Assembly: GCA_964463705.1 (NCBI GenBank)
Contig: CAYXCH010000006.1
Span: forward strand, 32,576-96,575
Source: an uncultured Pseudobdellovibrionaceae bacterium
GTDB taxonomy: Bacteria; Patescibacteriota; Minisyncoccia; Moranbacterales; GCA-2747515
Reading direction: 5' to 3'
Length of the DNA: 64,000 nt
Shown here: positions 58,676-64,000 of the stretch, piece by piece
Layout of the letters: every line of letters begins with the position of its first letter
How positions within the stretch are numbered: the stretch's first letter is position 1
Notes under the pieces: model-generated
Databases searched by the model: none
Told to the model about the DNA's origin: nothing
The model's input: the letters and a program-made list of their open reading frames with translations, nothing else
Made by a program: the position numbers and the translations under genes

Positions 58676-59229
58676 TTGCCGTAGAAGTGATGTATGCTCG
58701 CGGATCGTGTCGGTGGAATATGATGCAACAACGAGTACGAGCACGACAGTGTTGTCGTCGTGTGGCGAAGCGATGCGGCACAGTTATTAATTGTACATCT
58801 CGGGAGTATCGTTGCGGCAATTTATGGTGGAGCACATCTCATGTATGTCGTAAAACCGATGCTGCCGTAGCGGCGGCAATTTCATCACTTGCACCGGTCG
58901 GTGTTGATGTGGAAGTCATTACTCCTCGCGACCCATCATTGCAATTACTGTTTTCTTTAGAGGAATATAATCGTGTCGGCGGACGGTCATGGGAAGCGTT
59001 TTTCCGTCTTTGGTGCGCGCGCGAGGCGGTAATAAAAGCGAGATCGCTAACATTATCCGCATTAACAACACTATGCTGTACAGACTATCGTCACAGTACA
59101 CTATGGATATCCGGTATGGGAGTAAGTATGAAAGTGTTTATGGATGTGCGGGAAGGAGTATGTATGGCGGTAACGGTTCCGCCCTCTTGTCAAAATGTGC
59201 AAGTTTGGTATACTTGTGATTGTACATAG
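58672..59229 (+). CDS. 4'-phosphopantetheinyl transferase (AcpS/Sfp-like)
   Basis: PVGVDVEVI and WCAREAVIKA motifs. It overlaps the stop of the aas-like gene by 4 nt. The true start may be an internal Met. Confidence 0.6.
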   Translation: MIAVEVMYARGSCRWNMMQQRVRARQCCRRVAKRCGTVINCTSREYRCGNLWWSTSHVCRKTDAAVAAAISSLAPVGVDVEVITPRDPSLQLLFSLEEYNRVGGRSWEAFFRLWCAREAVIKARSLTLSALTTLCCTDYRHSTLWISGMGVSMKVFMDVREGVCMAVTVPPSCQNVQVWYTCDCT

Positions 59230-59235
59230 ATGTCG

Positions 59236-59309
59236 GGGCGATTAGCTCAGTTGGTTAGAGCACTTCTCTTACAAAGAAGGGGTCAGTGGTTCGAGTCCAC
59301 TATCGCCCA
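59236..59309 (+). tRNA. tRNA-Val (anticodon UAC)
   Basis: Acceptor GGGCGAU/AUCGCCC, anticodon loop CUUACAA, T-loop UUCGAGU. Confidence 0.85.
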
Positions 59310-59327
59310 CTGGGTAGGCATGGAGAT

Positions 59328-59399
59328 GCCGGGGTAGCTCAGTGGTAGAGCAAAGGACTGAAAATCCTTGTGTCGGCAGTTCGATTCTGCCTCCCGGCA
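59328..59399 (+). tRNA. tRNA-Phe (anticodon GAA)
   Basis: GCCGGGGUAGCUCAGUGGUAGAGC 5' half, anticodon loop CUGAAAA, T-loop UUCGAUU. Confidence 0.85.
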
Positions 59400-59416
59400 C
59401 CTACTCGTTGCAAGCG

Positions 59417-59489
59417 GGGACCGTAGCTCAGGGGTGAGAGCAGGCGGCTCATAACCGCTTGGTCGCGGGTTCAAATCCTGCCGGTCCCA
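59417..59489 (+). tRNA. tRNA with CAU anticodon (Met, or Ile if lysidine-modified)
   Basis: Acceptor GGGACCG/CGGUCCC, anticodon loop CUCAUAA, T-loop UUCAAAU. Confidence 0.8.
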
Positions 59490-59494
59490 CAATC

Positions 59495-59566
59495 GCGAGT
59501 GTCGTATAATGGTTATTATATCACCTTGCCAAGGTGGGGATGGCGGTTCGATTCCGCTCACTCGCT
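59495..59566 (+). tRNA. tRNA-Gly (anticodon GCC)
   Basis: Its 5' half is near-identical to the tRNA-Gly(UCC) at 54565. Anticodon loop UUGCCAA. Confidence 0.85.
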
Positions 59567-59573
59567 CAGAGAA

Positions 59574-59597
59574 GCACCGTATTGTCGGTGTTTTTTT
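59574..59597 (+). terminator. Intrinsic terminator after the tRNA cluster
   Basis: GCACCG, TATTGT, CGGTG, then TTTTTTT. Confidence 0.55.
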
Positions 59598-59613
59598 ATG
59601 TTAGGATAAGGAT

Positions 59614-60846
59614 ATGAAACGGATGAGGATAACACGATGGCAACGCAATCATACCATGGTATTTTTAGCATGTGTTATGAGTGTGTCAATCATCGCCATT
59701 GTCTTCATCCGCTTATCTATGAATCAATTTAATGATACTGTTGCGGATTTTGAGGAGGAGATGTTCCGGCGGCAACTTTCACAACTTGCTCATATACAGC
59801 AATCTCGCTACCGTGATGTTCGCGATGAGTCACCACCCGTGCTACGCGCAATTCATGTTGCCGCGCTGGATCGGGAGCGCATGAAAACACAAGGATGTGT
59901 AGCAGATGGCTTACTTTCCGGATATGGAAATGAAGAGCGGAATATTGCGTTAATTAACCGTTTGGGGTGTTATTATTTGCACAGAGCGGTGGAGACATGG
60001 TTACGTGTTCCGGATTGGGAGATGGTGGAATTGTTAATGGCAAAGATTACACGCCCCAATATGGTATACGGAATGTTTATTGCAGAAGCGATTGATACAA
60101 CATCTCGGTATAAAAATACATTAACCGGAAAGAGGTTTTCTTTTAAGCGTATGTGTAAACCGGGGACGCGGAATCGTTGGGGAAAGCGAACCTGCGTTCC
60201 GGATTTTGACCGATCGGAATATCGGGCGTATGTAACACAAATTATGCGTGAAGCCATTGATCATGGAATTCAAGTATTTTTAATCGGACAGGTAGCGGTG
60301 CAAGATGCTCGTCGTGTAGAGCGTTCCGATATTGAGTCGGTATTGACTGCGGTTCGCAAGTATGCCGATGCGCGCGGTGTGGAGATTATGATCGGGGCTC
60401 AAACTAATGATATTACGGATAAAGATTATCTTCGCCTGTTTGATTTTATTGAGGGTGGCGTGGGACTTCATCCCGATGGAAGTATTGAGGATGGACCGTG
60501 TTTTTCCCGATATTTGGCACAAAATTGGTGTTGGGCGTTGGTATGGCATGAGCGCTATGCACGAAAAGCGCCGGCGGTATTCGTGCATTTGGACTGGAGC
60601 GGAATTCGTGATGATGATATGGCAACATTTGTTCAAATGTCACCCGACAAGAGATCACAAACCTTGCGATATCTGCATTCATTTTTTACCGAGCGGGGAG
60701 TCGGATTTTTATTGCCGGTATTTGCGGCACTTCCCCAAGAACACCCCGGGTGTTATGGAAATAAAAAACGTTACTATAGTGCGGATAAGCGATATGGATG
60801 TGCCGATGAGGACACGATCCGCAGTATATTATTGACAAATCAATGA
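59614..60846 (+). CDS. Membrane-anchored hypothetical protein, 410 aa
   Basis: N-terminal TM (MVFLACVMSVSIIAIVFI). No family motif recognised. Confidence 0.45.
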   Translation: MKRMRITRWQRNHTMVFLACVMSVSIIAIVFIRLSMNQFNDTVADFEEEMFRRQLSQLAHIQQSRYRDVRDESPPVLRAIHVAALDRERMKTQGCVADGLLSGYGNEERNIALINRLGCYYLHRAVETWLRVPDWEMVELLMAKITRPNMVYGMFIAEAIDTTSRYKNTLTGKRFSFKRMCKPGTRNRWGKRTCVPDFDRSEYRAYVTQIMREAIDHGIQVFLIGQVAVQDARRVERSDIESVLTAVRKYADARGVEIMIGAQTNDITDKDYLRLFDFIEGGVGLHPDGSIEDGPCFSRYLAQNWCWALVWHERYARKAPAVFVHLDWSGIRDDDMATFVQMSPDKRSQTLRYLHSFFTERGVGFLLPVFAALPQEHPGCYGNKKRYYSADKRYGCADEDTIRSILLTNQ

Positions 60847-60872
60847 TTATATTGTATTATACTATGTCACTT

Positions 60873-60945
60873 TGTGGATATGGATGTTGTGAAAAAGTGA
60901 CCGCGGTAAGTGTCTCTGGAGCAGTTATCCACAGTGTTTCCACAG
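60873..60945. promoter_or_regulatory. DnaA-box cluster upstream of the 3D-domain gene
   Basis: TGTGGATA at 60873..60880, a perfect consensus TTATCCACA at 60925..60933, and TTTCCACAG at 60937..60945. Confidence 0.5.
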
Positions 60946-60975
60946 CACTTTCGTGGTAATCATTGACAATATTTT

Positions 60976-61452
60976 ATGAGTATTATCACAGCGCTCCTGG
61001 GTATATGGAGTGTTTCCGATACGGCATCGCCCTCACCGGAAGCGGTGCGGCAGCCCGTATCGGCGGAGGTGCGCACACAGGATGATGTGTTGCGCGACAC
61101 TGCTCGGGATCGCATATTGGCGCGATGGAAGTCACGCCAACGTGATAAATGGCATGCATTGCGTTCCAAATCATTTGTCGCAAATGTTTCTGCGTATACG
61201 GCGGCGGCGGATGAGTGTGGAAAAAGTGATGGAATTACCGCCAGTGGTGTAACGGTGATGGAGCGGCGTACGCTCGCCTGTCCCCCGGAGTATCCCTTCG
61301 GCGCACAGATTGAGATTGAAGGTGTCGGAACATTTGTCTGTGAAGATCGTGGAGGTGCCATTAAGGGAAATCGTTTTGATATCTATGTCAAAACAAAAGC
61401 AGAGGCATTTGCATTTGGTCGCCGGTATCTTGCAGTGCGTGTTATTCCATAA
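60976..61452 (+). CDS. 3D-domain protein (MltA/YuiC-like cell-wall-binding or lytic domain)
   Basis: GITASGVTVMERRTLACPPEYPFGAQIEIEGVGTFVCEDRGGAIKGNRFDIYV matches the 3D domain with its conserved Asp residues. Confidence 0.65.
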   Translation: MSIITALLGIWSVSDTASPSPEAVRQPVSAEVRTQDDVLRDTARDRILARWKSRQRDKWHALRSKSFVANVSAYTAAADECGKSDGITASGVTVMERRTLACPPEYPFGAQIEIEGVGTFVCEDRGGAIKGNRFDIYVKTKAEAFAFGRRYLAVRVIP

Positions 61453-61455
61453 TAA

Positions 61456-61479
61456 AACTCCCCTATTGGGGAGTTTTTT
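61456..61479 (+). terminator. Intrinsic terminator after the 3D-domain gene, abutting the tRNA-Pro 3' end
   Basis: ACTCCCC, TATT, GGGGAGT, then TTTTTTG. Confidence 0.55.
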
Positions 61480-61480
61480 G

Positions 61481-61551
61481 TCGGGCCGCCGAGAATTGAA
61501 CTCGGGCCACACGCACCCGAAGCGTGCGTACTACCGTTATACTACGGCCCG
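61481..61551 (-). tRNA. tRNA-Pro (anticodon CGG)
   Basis: On the minus strand: CGGGCCG acceptor, anticodon loop UUCGGGU, T-arm CCGAGUUCAAUUCUCGG. No encoded CCA. Confidence 0.8.
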
Positions 61552-61859
61552 TACAGCATTACGGTACCACACTATCTATAACTTGTCTATATTTTACCTA
61601 AACTTACCTGTTCCTGACTTAATATCAATCAAACATCACAAAAATTCACTGAGACAGTATCGGAGTCAAAAGGGTATGTTGGGTTGTTTTAGTACTCTAT
61701 TCTGGTGCGTTTATTTTACCAAGCTCGGACTTGATTTCAAAACAATTAAGTAGCGGTGCGGGTAAAGCCCGCGCTTTTATCTCGCGCGTCCTAACGGTAT
61801 GCGCGAAACAACTCAGCCACACCCATCGCCTCCACTATCGCTCCGGCGAGCCACAAAAA

Positions 61860-62066
61860 TTACAACGGACTTTTAATATTCTTCAACTTCGGATTTGTCA
61901 CTTGTGTATAGATTTGTGTTGTCCATATATTGCTGTGTCCCAGCAATTCTTGTACATATCGCACACCTGTTCCATTTTCTAATAAATGAGTAGCAAATGA
62001 ATGTCTCAAAGAGTGAAAAGTTGCAGGTTTGATCACCTTCGCTTTTGCTAAACTTTTCCGAAACAT
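61860..62066 (-). pseudogene. C-terminal fragment of a tyrosine recombinase/integrase (XerC/D/integron-integrase-like)
   Basis: Only 68 aa, carrying the catalytic box [39 protein letters not shown] (HxxR...H...Y). The N-terminal ~250 aa are missing. Confidence 0.65.
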
Positions 62067-62453
62067 TTTTTGGAGTGATGTTGTTGTGAGATTTCCTCCA
62101 TGATTGGAAGCAAAAATTTAATCGCATTTAATGCAAGATTAATTGTTTGGGAAGACTGCTTTCGTCTGTGTTTATCAAGCAAAAAATCTTCAATTGCTTT
62201 TTGTTTATTTTTGATTCCAGCTTTTTAGAAAATCTGATATACTCTTTTATGTAAAGTAAATATGCTTTGCGAGTTTTTGGAGAATAGTTGCAAAGTCGCA
62301 ACAGTCGGTTGGTTTTCTTTAAAATTTTATCCGTATTAAAATGGTATTAAGAGTTTGTATAACATACAAATTTTTGTTATAACTACAGTATAAAGTTCGG
62401 ATAGAAACTAGTTATATGCCATATTACTCGGGCAAAATTAATCAATTCAAATT

Positions 62454-62954
62454 ATGTCAGTAGAAAATTCATCAGGTTCATTTGAACAAGAACCACAACA
62501 AGATCCTATAATTCAAGAAATCTTGGGTGATTTATACAAGCCAGAAAAAATTCTCGCTAAAAAAGTTGAGCAAGTCAGTGAAGGTGAATTTAAAATTACT
62601 TTTGAGTTTCCTCCCTACGATCGCACTATTGAACCATTAGATCACGTTTCAATGTCTCAAATGCACGAGGCGGTTTTGGATGGTGCCCTATGTGCTATTG
62701 GACAAGTACTAAAAAATCAATCTATTAAGACAAATCTCGATTACCAAGAGTTCATGGATAGGCGACAAGATATAATCTACTATCGTGAGAATTTTTCCTT
62801 TCGTAAAATGTTAAAAGCAAATGAGTCTACTGAATTGATATTTCAAATAGTAAATGTAGAAGAAAAGAAATTACGTCGCACTTTTTACTCAGCTACAATC
62901 AAAATTGACGGGTTTATGCGTGGTGAAATAGAAGCATTACTCGAAAAAGTCTAA
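62454..62954 (+). CDS. Hypothetical protein (166 aa) in low-GC island
   Basis: Isolated ORF with AT-rich codon usage. No motif recognised. Confidence 0.4.
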   Translation: MSVENSSGSFEQEPQQDPIIQEILGDLYKPEKILAKKVEQVSEGEFKITFEFPPYDRTIEPLDHVSMSQMHEAVLDGALCAIGQVLKNQSIKTNLDYQEFMDRRQDIIYYRENFSFRKMLKANESTELIFQIVNVEEKKLRRTFYSATIKIDGFMRGEIEALLEKV

Positions 62955-63178
62955 TAAATTTTCCTAAATAAAACGCTAAAGGCACATTGCACTCTCACTC
63001 CGCTATCGCTCTGTTCGGCTCGCCTAACAAGCATATGCGGTTCACTCGTTGCACTTCACTTTCCTATATTCTTCTTCACTAAAACTACGAAGAACATCGC
63101 CCATACTGAAACATTATGTGGGGAGACTGCAAGTCAACTGACCGAAGGGGCAGTTTTAAAACAATCTTTCATGTCTAT

Positions 63179-63738
63179 TTAGGACAGGATTTCGTCTAAC
63201 AATTCAGGAATTTCTTGCTTAGGCAATTGACTTCCAAAGTGACCTCTATCTTCAAATATTAAGAATTTAGCATTTAATCCTTTTGCATTTTCTTCACCAG
63301 ATGCAAACGGAACCCAATTATCATCTTTGGAATGTAGAACGACAAATTTATCACAATGATTTTTAATTTTCTGAAAATCATATGGTCCTTCTTCATAAAA
63401 ACCATTCGTATTGGCTTTCCTGTTTTTTTCAGAAACAGATGGATTATTTGCAGCAATGAGAATTACCTTTTTACTTTTTTGTCTTGTGGTTGTTTTTGTA
63501 GCCAACGTAAAATAGCAACTCCTCCTCTGGAATGACCGATAAGAATACTATCTTTATCTGGATTAAGTTTATCAATTTCATTAATCCATTCACTCAATAC
63601 GGGATCACTAGGTTTTGGTAATTCGGGTGCAAGACATTTTATCCCTCTGTTTTTCATTTCACTAATAAGCCAAGGATACCATTTTTGTGATGGGTTTGTG
63701 TCTTTGCCGTGTATCAAAATTACATTTAATTCGTTCAT
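63179..63738 (-). pseudogene. Frameshifted alpha/beta serine hydrolase (YdeN/RBBP9-like)
   Basis: Two overlapping ORFs, 63463..63738 and 63179..63505. The first has the LIGHSRGG nucleophile elbow. The second carries the Asp and His of the triad (HSKDDNWVP, RGHF). Confidence 0.55.
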
Positions 63739-63919
63739 AAGATATGATAAATTGGTTTATGTAAAGTTAATTTAAGAAATTCTATCCTCCTATTTTTTAG
63801 GAGGATCGTTTTAACATTGCGTGTGTATAGTATAACATCAGGATTGTGAGAAATTTTCGACTGAAAGGAGAAAATTTGGGAGAGTGCCTCGGTCCGGCGT
63901 CCGCATCGCCAAAAGAAAA

Positions 63920-63937
63920 GTCGGCAAAATACCGACA
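63920..63937 (-). terminator. Hairpin plus U-tract downstream of the edge tRNA
   Basis: On the minus strand: GUCGG, UAUUUUG, CCGAC, then UUUUCUUUUGG. Confidence 0.4.
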
Positions 63938-63947
63938 AGTCAAATTC

Positions 63948-64000
63948 TGGTGCCGCGGGCGGGACTTGAACCCGCACAGCGCGTGGGCGCCAGAGGATTT
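63948..64000 (-). tRNA. 3' portion of a class II tRNA (Leu or Ser) with encoded CCA. Continues beyond the window.
   Basis: On the minus strand: ...CUCUGGCGCCCACGCGCUGUGCGGGUUCAAGUCCCGCCCGCGGCACCA. It shows a long variable arm, the T-arm and an acceptor 3' strand. The anticodon lies outside the window. Confidence 0.6.

Larger units (their letters stand above)
61557..63947. mobile_element. Degraded low-GC insertion bounded by two tRNA genes (remnant integrative element)
   Basis: GC drops to roughly 35%. Contains a tyrosine recombinase C-terminal fragment, a frameshifted hydrolase and an orphan ORF. It lies directly 3' of the class II tRNA at 63948. Confidence 0.4.

Noticed and set aside
59283-59561. 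92-aa ORF on the minus strand
   Set aside because: It lies entirely across the Val-Phe-Met-Gly tRNA cluster, so it is spurious.

Overview
This 64 kb window looks like a chromosomal segment from a small, reduced bacterial genome. Its overall GC is near 50%. Several features point to a CPR/Patescibacteria-like organism, but that lineage call is an inference. These features are: short housekeeping proteins (a 583-aa IF-2, a ~93-aa TsaB-like ORF), no ruvA between ruvC/yebC and ruvB, and a type IV secretion-like gene set.

Housekeeping genes recognised:
- thrS (5' end cut by the window edge)
- miaA
- gatB
- a membrane-anchored FKBP prolyl isomerase
- rluD
- nrdB and nrdA (class I ribonucleotide reductase with an ATP-cone)
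- Fe/Mn superoxide dismutase and a peroxiredoxin
- class A PBP (PBP1A)
- ruvC and yebC; ruvB
- a DciA (DUF721)-like gene, dnaN and dnaA, with DnaA-box clusters on both sides of dnaA, marking oriC
- infB
- rplS with a C-terminal helix-hairpin-helix extension
- an Aas-like acyltransferase-ACP-AMP-ligase tri-domain gene followed by a phosphopantetheinyl transferase
- eight complete tRNA genes plus one tRNA cut by the window edge

Accessory and unusual content:
1. A 1015-aa ORF (7057..10104) that is a head-to-tail fusion of two complete PilB/GspE-type ATPases.
2. A long minus-strand operon (about 21.9 kb down to 10.2 kb) encoding a type IV secretion-like set. It has a VirB6/TrbL-like membrane protein, a PrgI/VirB3-like protein, and a VirB4 ATPase split into two adjacent ORFs. 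These are followed by a membrane protein, a ~1200-aa surface protein with a C-terminal transmembrane anchor, and a secreted beta-propeller protein.
3. A 760-bp gene-free region (21938..22700) with a near-consensus sigma70 promoter, a perfect 17-bp hairpin, an A/C-rich tract and a clean intrinsic terminator. Together these delineate a ~555-nt non-coding transcript of unknown class.
4. A low-GC island (about 32.4-40.1 kb) carrying four RimK-like ATP-grasp amidoligase genes. One of them is fused to a retropepsin-like (DTG) domain. The island also holds an HExxH metallopeptidase-like protein, membrane proteins, and an internally deleted paralog remnant flanked by 108-nt direct repeats. This looks like a peptide or poly-amino-acid ligation/processing system and is the best candidate in the window for an uncharacterised system.
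5. A ~180-nt structured element with a promoter-like site and a terminator between ruvB and the dciA-like gene.
6. A small degraded island between two tRNA genes at the right edge. It holds a C-terminal fragment of a tyrosine recombinase and a frameshifted hydrolase.
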